A stretch of 64,000 nt of DNA, taken from positions 288,001 to 352,000 of the forward strand of contig CAVXRD010000002.1 in assembly GCA_963764165.1 (NCBI GenBank). Direction: 5' to 3'. The notes below the pieces were generated by a model. It searched no databases and was not told the origin of the DNA. It worked only from the letters and a program-made list of their open reading frames with translations. This document shows positions 38,712-47,653 of this stretch, piece by piece. The first letter of the stretch is position 1; each line of letters begins with the position of its first letter. The translations under genes were made by a program, and so were the position numbers. This DNA is from an uncultured Verrucomicrobiae bacterium. GTDB taxonomy: Bacteria; Verrucomicrobiota; Verrucomicrobiia; Limisphaerales; Palsa-1400.

Positions 38712-41231
38712 TCATTCTGCCTGTTTCTCCAGACCCGGGCTTTTTTGAATTGGCGAAGACCGCGCAGAATCCCTGATTTGTTCAACCATCTGCCGGATGA
38801 TTTTCACGACCAGATCGGGTTCTGCCAACATGATCCCGTGCCCGGACTCTTTCGTAACGATGTGCTGGGAATGGGGTATGCTTGCCAGCCATTGCGCATG
38901 ATATTTCAACCAGACAGGCCGAACCAGTTCCAACTCCGCTTTGTCTTTCTCAGGAACAAATGCGGGTATGACGCGCGGCCCCATGGCGGTGACCAAAACT
39001 ACCGGGATGTTCGTTGGGACCGCGCTGGCGCGAGCTTCACGAAAACCAGCTTGTATCAAAGCCCAATCGCTGTCCTTTATATCCGCGTGTCCTTTGCGTT
39101 TATCTTCCCACTCGATAAATTCCTCCTGTGTGGGATCAAGCAACACCATGCCGGCCGTCTCCCCCGGATACATTCCGGCAAATACGCGAATAAAGGGACC
39201 GCCAAAAGAATGTCCCACCAATACATAAGGAGGCGGCACGGCAGCCCGCTGAAGGGCGATGTGCAGTTCCTGAGCGATCTGCCGGGCATCTCGCGGCTCA
39301 GGTCCCCGCGCGGAAAGCCCGACGCCGGCACGGTCATAAGAAACCGTGGCGGTGAGACGGCTCAACTCAGGTTGAACCATTTCCCAATCCTCCAACGGAG
39401 CGCCGCCGCCGCCCGTTGCCCCGGTTTCAAAAATGACTGCCGGGCTGCCCCGCCCCATGACCAGCATTCTCAAATCGTGACCGCCGACATCAACAAATTT
39501 AAAATTGAACCTTCCCAGATCGAGTCCAAGAACGATGGCGATTCCACAAAGCAAGAATAGGGAAACAAAAATGGCTTTGTTGTTCTGCCGAATCCAATTG
39601 AACCGGCCGTTGCGGTTTCTCACCAGCATGGACGGCATGAGGCCGGGCCGCACCAGCGGCATGGCCAGCAAGGCCAGCAGTATTAGAAGGTGCTCTGCGC
39701 GGTAGGTGTTTATGACGAACGACGTTGATAGGATCGCCAGCAGCACCAGGCCCGCAGTCAATGCGCCCCACACCATGAAATTGCGCCGGGGACAATCGCT
39801 AACGCGCCAAACCATGGCCGCCATCACGAATTTCCCAACCACCGCCAAGGCCAATACCGCGCTGGCGATCGTAATGAATCGATCGGCTGAGATCGCCGCG
39901 TTGATGGTCTCATCCCAAATCCTTGCGATGAGCAGGACCAGCACTAGGAAGGCAAGCTGCAAGACGAAGGATCCATAATGCAAAAGTGGTCTGCCCGACA
40001 AGCCATGCCAGATCCCGGCCACCATGATTTTCCAGGTGAAAGCCATCAGGCATAGCGCCAGTAAAACCGTTATCAACAGCCATGAATGCGGATAAACCTG
40101 ACGGAAAGTAAAAAAATACCAATTGATATCCGTGGTCTTGGCCCAAAATTTCAACCAGAGGGCAAGAAAGGCGAAGACCAGCAGCCAGGAATATATCACA
40201 CCGACCGCGGCCACCTTTAATTTCGCCGCCACGAACTCGTACGCGGGTACCGGCCTGACTGCCAAAAATGTCGGAAAGGCAAGATTTGCCGACCAAAAAA
40301 CCGGCTTAATGAACCCTTTGCCGATGGCGAATCCCAAGATTACCGGCACCGCCACTATCCGGACTAGGTCAAGTACCGGCTCGTTTCGTGCGAACCATGT
40401 GACCGGCGCGACGATAAAAAGCAACACGATAAAAGAGCACACTGGCAGCAGCCAGCCGCTTTGCCGCCACTCGAACCAGAATTGCGCGCCGGACGGCGAA
40501 CGAAAATCTTTCGTGCGCCCCGGCGTTGCATCGATGATTTTAAAGAATAATTCCTTCACGCCGAGCCGCCGCAGATAGCCTCCCCGCCGCTGCCTCGCGA
40601 CCGCCGTCCATGCGATAAAATACGCGCTGATGGCGCCGCCCGCTACGATCAGGCTCAGTCGCTGCTCGGACAACCAGACCGAAGAATTAAGAAAGGAAGA
40701 GTATGGCAAACAGGCAACCGCCAGACTGCTCGCGCCGCCCAGCCCCAACGCGATGAGCCGCCCGATCCGGAAAGGGGCGAGTGTCCATAGCGTGGACAGG
40801 TAAAAAATGGCGTAGGCGGCGAACACCAAGGCGATCCATTCCGGCTTCTCGATTTGCTGCCGCGTCCAGACCAGTTTTATCCACGCCACATACACAAGTT
40901 CGACCGCGAACACGCATGAAATCATCGGCAATGCCACCAATTGGCTGGTGGGGGCTGGCAGGACGAACAGGCGATAGGGAAATCCGTTCCACGCCCGCGC
41001 TGGATTCGCTTCGGTGTAATTGAATATCCCCATGAGAAACAAAAAGGATACCGCCATGAGGATCCCAAACAGATTCGAAAAAAACTCCATCGCACCGGCG
41101 TGGGCGTGAAATGTTCCAATGGCCAGGGCGTTCAGCAACGCGCTCACACCCAGACATGACAGGACGATTAAAGAGGAGCGCCGGCCCTTCTGCCAGATTT
41201 CCCATAATAATGCTGTTGCCGGCGATACCAT
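38712..41231 (-). CDS. ABC-transporter permease-like polytopic membrane protein fused to a C-terminal alpha/beta hydrolase
   Basis: About 570 aa of TM segments with an internal repeat (LLWEIWQ / FWFEWRQ), then SYDRAGVGLS, VLVGHSFGG, LLDP, SGHGI. Confidence 0.8.
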   Translation of the reverse strand: MVSPATALLWEIWQKGRRSSLIVLSCLGVSALLNALAIGTFHAHAGAMEFFSNLFGILMAVSFLFLMGIFNYTEANPARAWNGFPYRLFVLPAPTSQLVALPMISCVFAVELVYVAWIKLVWTRQQIEKPEWIALVFAAYAIFYLSTLWTLAPFRIGRLIALGLGGASSLAVACLPYSSFLNSSVWLSEQRLSLIVAGGAISAYFIAWTAVARQRRGGYLRRLGVKELFFKIIDATPGRTKDFRSPSGAQFWFEWRQSGWLLPVCSFIVLLFIVAPVTWFARNEPVLDLVRIVAVPVILGFAIGKGFIKPVFWSANLAFPTFLAVRPVPAYEFVAAKLKVAAVGVIYSWLLVFAFLALWLKFWAKTTDINWYFFTFRQVYPHSWLLITVLLALCLMAFTWKIMVAGIWHGLSGRPLLHYGSFVLQLAFLVLVLLIARIWDETINAAISADRFITIASAVLALAVVGKFVMAAMVWRVSDCPRRNFMVWGALTAGLVLLAILSTSFVINTYRAEHLLILLALLAMPLVRPGLMPSMLVRNRNGRFNWIRQNNKAIFVSLFLLCGIAIVLGLDLGRFNFKFVDVGGHDLRMLVMGRGSPAVIFETGATGGGGAPLEDWEMVQPELSRLTATVSYDRAGVGLSARGPEPRDARQIAQELHIALQRAAVPPPYVLVGHSFGGPFIRVFAGMYPGETAGMVLLDPTQEEFIEWEDKRKGHADIKDSDWALIQAGFREARASAVPTNIPVVLVTAMGPRVIPAFVPEKDKAELELVRPVWLKYHAQWLASIPHSQHIVTKESGHGIMLAEPDLVVKIIRQMVEQIRDSARSSPIQKSPGLEKQAE

Positions 41232-41234
41232 GCT

Positions 41235-42146
41235 TCACGACTCGTTCGCACCGGCATACGCCACAAATATTTCGTGCAACGTTGGCGGATGCTCGCCCAG
41301 GATCTGACCCCCTCGCTGAATGAGAAGCGACGACAGTTTGTCGCTCGGGCCAAGGTTAAGACACGTCCAATCACGGCTTGCGCCGGCCACCCCCAAGGCG
41401 CCCTGAATTTCAGGTGGCTTGATTTGACTCTCCTTGAACCGCATGCTGACCACGCGATGTCGTGCTTTGATATCATCCAGCGAGCCGCATAACGTCAATT
41501 TTCCCTGATGCAGCATCGCGACATGATCGGAAACCCTTTCGATCTCGTCCAAGAAATGGGACGAAAAGAAAACTGTCCGCCCTTCATCGGCCACGACACG
41601 GATCACCGCCTCCAAAATCTCGCGGCGCACCATGGGATCCAACCCTGAACTCGGCTCATCCAGCAAGAGCAATTCCGGCCGGTGCGCTAGAGCGACCAGC
41701 AGGCCGGCTTTCGCCACCTGCCCTTTTGAAAGAGTGCTGATCCGCTGCGCCGGATTCAGTCCAAACTCTTCAAGCAACGCAGCGGCATAATCCGAATCCC
41801 ATTTGGGATAAAACGCCTTCATGAAGCGAATCAGCTCCTGCACTTGCATCCATCCGGGAATATCCGGTTGTTCTGAGAGATACCCGATCCGACCCAAGAC
41901 CCGGACAGAGTCAGACGTCGGGTCACAGCCGAAGACGCGCACTGTTCCACTTTCAGCCGCCAACAAACCGAGGATATGTTTGATAAGAGTGGTTTTGCCC
42001 GCGCCGTTTTCTCCAATCAAACCGAAAACTGTTCCTTTGGGGACATACAGGGATACATTATCCAGCACCAATTTTTCCCCGAACCGCCGCGACAATTCGG
42101 ACACAGACACAACTGCTTCCGCAGATGAGGGAGACGGAAATTTCAT
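41235..42146 (-). CDS. ABC transporter ATP-binding protein (YtrB-like)
   Basis: GENGAGKTT, LSKG, LLDEPSSGLD, SSH. Confidence 0.95.
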   Translation of the reverse strand: MKFPSPSSAEAVVSVSELSRRFGEKLVLDNVSLYVPKGTVFGLIGENGAGKTTLIKHILGLLAAESGTVRVFGCDPTSDSVRVLGRIGYLSEQPDIPGWMQVQELIRFMKAFYPKWDSDYAAALLEEFGLNPAQRISTLSKGQVAKAGLLVALAHRPELLLLDEPSSGLDPMVRREILEAVIRVVADEGRTVFFSSHFLDEIERVSDHVAMLHQGKLTLCGSLDDIKARHRVVSMRFKESQIKPPEIQGALGVAGASRDWTCLNLGPSDKLSSLLIQRGGQILGEHPPTLHEIFVAYAGANES

Positions 42147-42532
42147 TTTTCCCTTTCCGCGAGCAAGGCCGCATGCCTATCCGACAGCAACACTCTCACC
42201 TCATCCAAACCAAGACCCAAATGCTGCGCTTCAACCAGCAATGCGTCCACCCGGCCCTTGATGGCGTTAATTTTATCCCGGCGGGAGAACGTCTTCGTCT
42301 CCTCGATATATGTGCCAAAGCCCTGCTTTTTTCTGACGATGCCCGCCCGTTCCAGTTCCAGGTAAGCCCGTGCCACCGTATTCGGATTGATCACAAGTGT
42401 TTCCGCAAGCGTCCGAATCGGAGGGATTTCATCTCCTGGCGACAATATGCCGGAAGCGACCAATGATTTAACTTGATGGACGATTTGAAGGTAAATCGGA
42501 ACTCCTTCACTGGAACTGATGCGGATATGCAT
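42143..42532 (-). CDS. GntR family transcriptional regulator, YtrA subfamily
   Basis: PIYLQI, PGDEIPPIRTLA, INPNTVARAYLELE, GFGT; 129 aa; precedes ABC genes. Confidence 0.95.
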   Translation of the reverse strand: MHIRISSSEGVPIYLQIVHQVKSLVASGILSPGDEIPPIRTLAETLVINPNTVARAYLELERAGIVRKKQGFGTYIEETKTFSRRDKINAIKGRVDALLVEAQHLGLGLDEVRVLLSDRHAALLAEREK

Positions 42533-42552
42533 GATTGATACGTCGTTGATCG

Positions 42553-42572
42553 TGTATCAATGAATTAATACA
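42553..42572. promoter_or_regulatory. YtrA-type operator palindrome
   Basis: TGTATCAATGAATTAATACA (TGTAT-N10-ATACA) 20 bp upstream of the GntR start; TTGACC -35 on the minus strand at 42585-42590. Confidence 0.75.
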
Positions 42573-42614
42573 TTAATCCAAATTGGTCAAGCTGTTTTTT
42601 TCTCTCTAAAACTG

Positions 42615-42661
42615 GCGACTGGCGAGGCCAGTCGTCCGCACCCGAGGTCGGGTGCGCTCCC
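42615..42661. repeat. Half composite REP, related to family 3
   Basis: GCGACTGGCGAGGCCAGTCG-TCC-GCACCCGAGGTCGGGTGCGCTCCC. Confidence 0.6.
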
Positions 42662-42784
42662 CTTGAAACGAACTGCGTCGTTCCGGCCAAGCCGTGTCGC
42701 GAACGCTTGAAAAATGTGTGATCCATGGACTCGGCGGAGTCCTCAGAACCTGCGGTTGGATCCTTGGCCTTCGGCCCCTGTTTT

Positions 42785-43801
42785 TTATTTGAAATCCTGC
42801 GGCTTCAATCCTTTTCTAGCTTTTCCGAAACCAAAAAAAGTGGGCTGGTAGGGGCCAGCATAACTAACGTCCAAAGTGGGGGTGATGTCCTTCCCAAGCC
42901 CCGTCGTCCAATAACAAGCGTTGACAAGCAAACGGCGAAGCCCTTCGTTTTGCAAATCCACGGACGCGCCCGCCGTCGTCGTCACAACGGGTGAACTTCT
43001 GCCATTTTCACCCTTGTTGACAGCAACCCACACGACCGGCGTCAGCGGTTCATTTTTCGGGCCGGTCACCGGAGCGTCGTTTGAATCCATGCCTGTCAAT
43101 ACTTGCCCCCAGACCAGCACGTTTGTGAAATCGGGCCGGTGCGCCACCGTATAAACATCCGATGGCCACCAGAGATTGGTGACGCCGAGCAGAATTTCTC
43201 CCGCCGGAGAATTCAGGACTGACTTGTTAATCAACCCGCGCGTGCTTTCCTTGCCATGGTCTCCGTGATGGCTGACCCACGTTTCGCCCAGCACCTGCTG
43301 GCCGAAGCCTCCGGGCCACTCATGGCTGGCCCAATCGAATTTGGCGTAAGGGCTGGCTTTGTTGTGCTCATATGCAAAGGCGTGAGTGCTGGTGCGCAGC
43401 GCGATAATGGGTTTTCCGGCGTGAAGGTAGTCAACAAAATGTTTCATCTGCGCGTCGGGCCATTCCCGAAAACGCAGGAGCATCACGCAAAGATCAGCGG
43501 AATCGAGCGCCTCGAGTCCCGGTTCATTGGTATGGCAATCGGGATCAACCACGCCGGCGGCGTTGATGGAGAACAGCACTGTGCATTTGAATCCGTGCCG
43601 CTCGGCCAGAATTTTTGCCAGCATCGGCAATCCTTCTTCCGAGCGATACTCCTCGTCGCCAGTCAAGAAGACGATGTGCTTGCCCGCACCCGGGCCCTTG
43701 CCGCCTTCGTAAACTATTTGATCGGAAGCGCGCAACAGCGGCCCGAGGCAGAATAAAGCGGCGAAAACCGCGGCTTGAAAAAAGCGCGAGAATGGCGTCA
43801 T
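42785..43801 (-). CDS. ThuA-like (trehalose utilisation / GATase-fold) domain secreted protein
   Basis: HIVFLTGDEEYRSEEGLPMLAKILA, IALRTSTHAF, LRRLLVNACYW; ATGA overlap with DUF2950. Confidence 0.85.
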   Translation of the reverse strand: MTPFSRFFQAAVFAALFCLGPLLRASDQIVYEGGKGPGAGKHIVFLTGDEEYRSEEGLPMLAKILAERHGFKCTVLFSINAAGVVDPDCHTNEPGLEALDSADLCVMLLRFREWPDAQMKHFVDYLHAGKPIIALRTSTHAFAYEHNKASPYAKFDWASHEWPGGFGQQVLGETWVSHHGDHGKESTRGLINKSVLNSPAGEILLGVTNLWWPSDVYTVAHRPDFTNVLVWGQVLTGMDSNDAPVTGPKNEPLTPVVWVAVNKGENGRSSPVVTTTAGASVDLQNEGLRRLLVNACYWTTGLGKDITPTLDVSYAGPYQPTFFGFGKARKGLKPQDFK

Positions 43802-44745
43802 TCGGAAACAGGCTTCCAACCGGGCGCAGGATCATACTCTGACATTTTGCCAACAAGCTCGGCGGTCTTTGGGCCAAGGTTGCGCTCGTAGACTTTGTCT
43901 TCCTGGTTGATGATGAAAGTCATGACGCCAGAGTTTGACCATTCGGCGGGCCACGCGACAAGCGCAAAACCCGCCACCATGTGGCCATTGATGATATAAT
44001 TATATTTCCCGCCGGGCGCGTGCCTGCCTTCGCGGGTGAGAACCTTGAAATAATATCCGTGATACGGGTTTTGCGGCTCGCTCATGATTTTCGTCGTGTG
44101 GCTGTAGCCTTCGCCGTGCGACTCCGCGATCAGCGGGCCCAGCGGACTTGTCTCCTCGCCTGCCTCGGCGTGCCAGTAGAGGCCGTCGTGCTTGCCGGTC
44201 GAGCTTCGCAAATTTTGCGCATATTCAATAACGCCCGAACCGTCGTGGCTTTCCATGGCGTATTCGCGCTGGGCCTGCACGTAGGCATGGCAAACCTTGA
44301 TCGTGTCCAATTCGTTGCGACCGATGCGGCGATTAAGTATTTCCTCCCGGCCGCCCTCGGTGTTAAAATACCACTCGCCCCCCTGCTTCACTAAGGCAAT
44401 GGGGAACGGCCAGGTGTCATAGCCCAACTCCAAACCCACAAACGTGTCCGACTGCGCCACGGGCGTGACCCGCTGGGTTACGCGTTGCGAAAGATGTTCC
44501 AACCCGTTGCTGGCTTGCACGGCATCGGCGGAAATCAATTCCCGCAACTCAGGTCCAAAGATAGTCTCCAACGCGTTGGTATCTTTGCTGGATGCGGCTG
44601 CGACGAAGGCTTTGATCGCCTCGTTGGTGCTCGTGAAGCGCTCCTCATTTGCCGCGTTCGCGGTGCCCGCCAGAACAACGAGTCCCGCCACAGATAATGT
44701 CCGCCACAAAAGCAGGCTCTGAAAGAAAGAGCAAATAGATTTCAT
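43798..44745 (-). CDS. DUF2950 domain-containing protein
   Basis: WPFPIALVK, EEILNRRIGRNEL, AYVQAQREY, GKHDGLYW, PYHGYYFKVL, GFALVAWPA, SGVMTFIIN. Confidence 0.9.
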   Translation of the reverse strand: MKSICSFFQSLLLWRTLSVAGLVVLAGTANAANEERFTSTNEAIKAFVAAASSKDTNALETIFGPELRELISADAVQASNGLEHLSQRVTQRVTPVAQSDTFVGLELGYDTWPFPIALVKQGGEWYFNTEGGREEILNRRIGRNELDTIKVCHAYVQAQREYAMESHDGSGVIEYAQNLRSSTGKHDGLYWHAEAGEETSPLGPLIAESHGEGYSHTTKIMSEPQNPYHGYYFKVLTREGRHAPGGKYNYIINGHMVAGFALVAWPAEWSNSGVMTFIINQEDKVYERNLGPKTAELVGKMSEYDPAPGWKPVSE

Positions 44746-44754
44746 ATGGATCCC

Positions 44755-45834
44755 TTAATGATGCCCTCCGCCCCCCCCGTGACCGCCACCTCCGCCACCG
44801 CTGAATCCACCGCCGTGGGACTCTCCGCCGCCACCGTGCGGCTCCGGGGCGGGAGCGCTGTGAATTTCCGCCCTGCTGGCGGCTCCGCGCGCGCTCGACT
44901 CCACCGCTTCGTGCCCGCTTTGTCCGCCGACGAAGAACCCGCGCGACGGCGCAGGCGCAGGATGAAAGGCCGGGACGTTTCGCCACGTTGTCGGAGCCGA
45001 ATGAATTACAGATGCGTCCACATTGTTATGCGGCGCTTCGCGGGGCGGCTCGGGATGCGCAAAGGTGTGCTCGACCGGATGCGATTCATAGCCCCGTTCC
45101 CAGCCTCCCCGTGCCACTCCGCCGCCACCGGCACGCCACACGGGCTCGGGATGCCCGAGGATAAAGTTGTGGCGGTAAGTTGGCGGACGATGCCACCAAT
45201 CCCCGGGGCGCTCATGCCCCGGTCCCCAGAAAATCAATCCGTGAGTGTGCCAATTCCAATCGTAAACCAGCCACCCGCCGATGGGCAGAGCATAGGGAAA
45301 AGTGCAGAAAACGCCCGGCTGGGAGTAAATCACAGCGGGGTCGTAGCTGGGCACATACATTTGGTTGGGATCAGTGGGATCAATTTCAATATCGCCGCCG
45401 TCATCCACCACAGATTCCTGCGGGGTCGTTGGCAAATTGCCAAGATTTTGCGCCTGGCCTCGAAGCTGTTGAATGGCAGCCATCACGTCGGCCTGCTGGT
45501 TCTCGAATGCCTGTCCCAATTGCGTTGTCCATGGAAGATTATCGTCCATCCATTTCAAAACGTTGGCGTAATTGGCCAGCGCTTGGACACTCGGATCCCA
45601 TCCTTGGTCGGGAATTTGATTCGGATCACCGCCGCCGCTGACATAACGGTCCGCCAGCGTGATTTGCGCGGGAAAAGTCGACGCCGGAAGAATTTCAGCA
45701 ATCAAGGGATCCGGATAAAGCGCGATGGGGCCAACCAATTGCGTGAGCTGGTCCTGCGAAAGCCCTTGCGCGGAAGCCACCGCCGCGGAACAGACGAGAA
45801 ACACCAACCCGGACAACGCCGCCAGTTTCTTCAT
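44755..45834 (-). CDS. DUF3300 domain-containing protein
   Basis: LVGPIALYPDPL, WDPSVQAL, WTTQLGQAF, VMAAIQQLR, YVPSYDP; Gly/His-rich tail. Confidence 0.9.
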   Translation of the reverse strand: MKKLAALSGLVFLVCSAAVASAQGLSQDQLTQLVGPIALYPDPLIAEILPASTFPAQITLADRYVSGGGDPNQIPDQGWDPSVQALANYANVLKWMDDNLPWTTQLGQAFENQQADVMAAIQQLRGQAQNLGNLPTTPQESVVDDGGDIEIDPTDPNQMYVPSYDPAVIYSQPGVFCTFPYALPIGGWLVYDWNWHTHGLIFWGPGHERPGDWWHRPPTYRHNFILGHPEPVWRAGGGGVARGGWERGYESHPVEHTFAHPEPPREAPHNNVDASVIHSAPTTWRNVPAFHPAPAPSRGFFVGGQSGHEAVESSARGAASRAEIHSAPAPEPHGGGGESHGGGFSGGGGGGHGGGGGHH

Positions 45835-45890
45835 ATCGCAACCTCTGCCCGGTTATGCCTCCAGTCAAGTGACTTTCTTAACCCATGAGC

Positions 45891-45925
45891 GGCCACAGAT
45901 CGACACAGATCAACACGGATGAAAA
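45891..45925 (+). repeat. Three 10-bp CACAGAT-type units, inverted relative to 46521..46554
   Basis: GGCCACAGAT CGACACAGAT CAACACGGAT GAAAA. Confidence 0.75.
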
Positions 45926-46025
45926 TTCAAAAAAAGATCCCGATCCTACCATTGAATACATAATCTCGAAAAACCGGTAACATCGGTTACAATGTTGATT
46001 ATAAAGCACTTAAAAGGTAACAAAA

Positions 46026-46343
46026 GGTTCCTCGCCATTTTCGGTGGAATGAGACAACTCGTTAGCCGTCGCTGCGGGACAACCCATTTGGAATCCAGGC
46101 TTGGCACTGGCTTGGCCAAAGCTCGGTATAGTGTATGATCTCGAAAAAGGGGCAACACCCGCTACACGGTTGACCATCAACGAGATAAGGGGCAACAAAA
46201 ATAGCAACAAACCCGCAACAGACCCGCAACATTTCTTCCCGCGCTGTCGGGTTGCATGAAACGCGGCGTCTTTCCGTCGTTCCCTGAAAATTTTCATCAA
46301 GATGCCTGCACCCTCATTGTTCCATTGAAAACAGCGAGGAACC
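46026..46343. mobile_element. 318-bp non-autonomous element (MITE), probably ISL3-derived
   Basis: 24-bp TIRs GGTTCCTCGCCATTTTCGGTGGAA and (rc) GGTTCCTCGCTGTTTTCAATGGAA (20/24 match); perfect 8-bp direct repeat TAACAAAA at 46018-46025 and 46344-46351. Confidence 0.8.
46134..46235 (+). repeat. Dispersed GYWACA-box element, copy C (complete, inside the MITE)
   Basis: TATGATCT CGAAAAAGG G GCAACA CCC GCTACA C GGTTGAC CATCAACGAG ATA AGGG GCAACA AAAATA GCAACA AACCC GCAACA GACCC GCAACA TTTC. Confidence 0.8.
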
Positions 46344-46426
46344 TAACAAAATGGTAATACACCGGTAACAAGTGGTAATATTTCCTCCGGGCGCGGCCAT
46401 TCCTGGCCCATAAGCAAGGGCATTGG

Positions 46427-46554
46427 CCTCAGATTGACGCAGATGAACGCAGATTATTCGGAAGCCAATTTTTTCTCGTGCACGGTCTTTGCTGCGCTCC
46501 AAAGTCTTCGCCCGTCTTGGTTTTATCTGTGTTGATCTGTGCCCATCTGTGGCC
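46427..46554. repeat. Inverted pair of 10-bp CAGAT-unit arrays (REPIN-like)
   Basis: CCTCAGAT TGACGCAGAT GAACGCAGAT ... ATCTGT GTTGATCTGT GCCCATCTGT GGCC. Confidence 0.75.
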
Positions 46555-46641
46555 TATTTCCCAGTTCAGTTTGAAACGAATCGGCTTTCTTTTTGTCCAA
46601 TGGCTGTATAACAATCGGCGGCGCACTAATTTTATCCGAGG

Positions 46642-47646
46642 ATGAGCATGAATACCGAAGAACAGATTCAAACTTTTCGCGCGGCTTTTGAGTCGCTGCG
46701 GGCCGAAATCGGCAAAGTCATCGTCGGCCACCGCGAAATTGTCGAGGGAACACTCATTGCCATCTTCGGCGGCGGCCACGTCCTTCTGGAAGGCGTGCCG
46801 GGCCTGGGGAAGACCCTCCTCGTCCGCACCTTGAGCGAAGTGCTCGACATGAGTTTCAACCGCATCCAATTCACGCCCGACTTGATGCCAGCCGACATTC
46901 TCGGCACGAACATCGTGATGGAAACGCCGGGAGGGCGGCGCGAATTTCAATTTCAGAAAGGCCCGATTTTCGCCCATCTCCTGCTGGCGGACGAAATCAA
47001 CCGCGCCACGCCCAAAACGCAATCCGCGATGCTCGAGGCGATGCAGGAAAAAAGCGTCACGGCGGGCGGCGAAATCCGGCGTCTGGGCGAACCGTTCTTC
47101 GTGCTGGCCACGCAAAATCCAATCGATCAGGAAGGGACGTATCCCCTGCCCGAGGCGCAATTGGATCGTTTCTTTTTCAAGTTGATCGTCGGCTATCCCA
47201 CCGGCCCGGAATTAACCGAAGTATTGACGCGCACCACCGAGGGCGGAAAAGTGGAGATCAATCGCGTGCTGGCCAAGGAACAGGTTGTTGAATTGCAAAA
47301 ACTGGTGCGCCAGGTGCCGGTGGCTTCGCATGTCAAGGATTACGCCGTTCGTCTTGTTTTGAGCACGCACCCGAAATCGGAGACAGCCGCGCCCATTTCC
47401 AATCAGTATTTACGCTTCGGCAGCAGCCCGCGCGGCGCGCAAACATTGCTGCTGGCTTCCAAAGTGCGCGCGCTCATGCAGGGCCGTTTCAACGTGAGTT
47501 TTGACGACATTCAATCCGTCGCCACGGCGACGTTGCGGCATCGTTTGATTTTGAATTTCGAGGCGGAAGCGGAAGGCATCACGACCGACCTGATCATCGC
47601 GCAAATCCTAAAGGACGTGCCCAAAGACGCAGAGGTCGCAGCATAA
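46642..47646 (+). CDS. MoxR family AAA+ ATPase
   Basis: HVLLEGVPGLGKT, RIQFTPDLMPAD, LADEINRATPKTQSA, ATQNPIDQEGTYPLPEAQLDRF. Confidence 0.95.
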   Translation: MSMNTEEQIQTFRAAFESLRAEIGKVIVGHREIVEGTLIAIFGGGHVLLEGVPGLGKTLLVRTLSEVLDMSFNRIQFTPDLMPADILGTNIVMETPGGRREFQFQKGPIFAHLLLADEINRATPKTQSAMLEAMQEKSVTAGGEIRRLGEPFFVLATQNPIDQEGTYPLPEAQLDRFFFKLIVGYPTGPELTEVLTRTTEGGKVEINRVLAKEQVVELQKLVRQVPVASHVKDYAVRLVLSTHPKSETAAPISNQYLRFGSSPRGAQTLLLASKVRALMQGRFNVSFDDIQSVATATLRHRLILNFEAEAEGITTDLIIAQILKDVPKDAEVAA

Positions 47647-47653
47647 GCTGGCC

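Larger units (their letters stand above)
45959..46383 (+). repeat. Dispersed GYWACA-box element, copy B (interrupted by a MITE at 46026..46343)
   Basis: CATAATCT CGAAAAACC G GTAACA TCG GTTACA A TGTTGAT TATAAAGCAC TTA AAAG GTAACA AAA [MITE, duplicated TAACAAAA] TG GTAATA CACCG GTAACA AGTG GTAATA TTT. Confidence 0.8.

Noticed and set aside
45946..46502. Short ORFs 45946..46158, 46010..46300 and 46314..46502
   Set aside because: They run through repeat and MITE sequence and have no protein-like features
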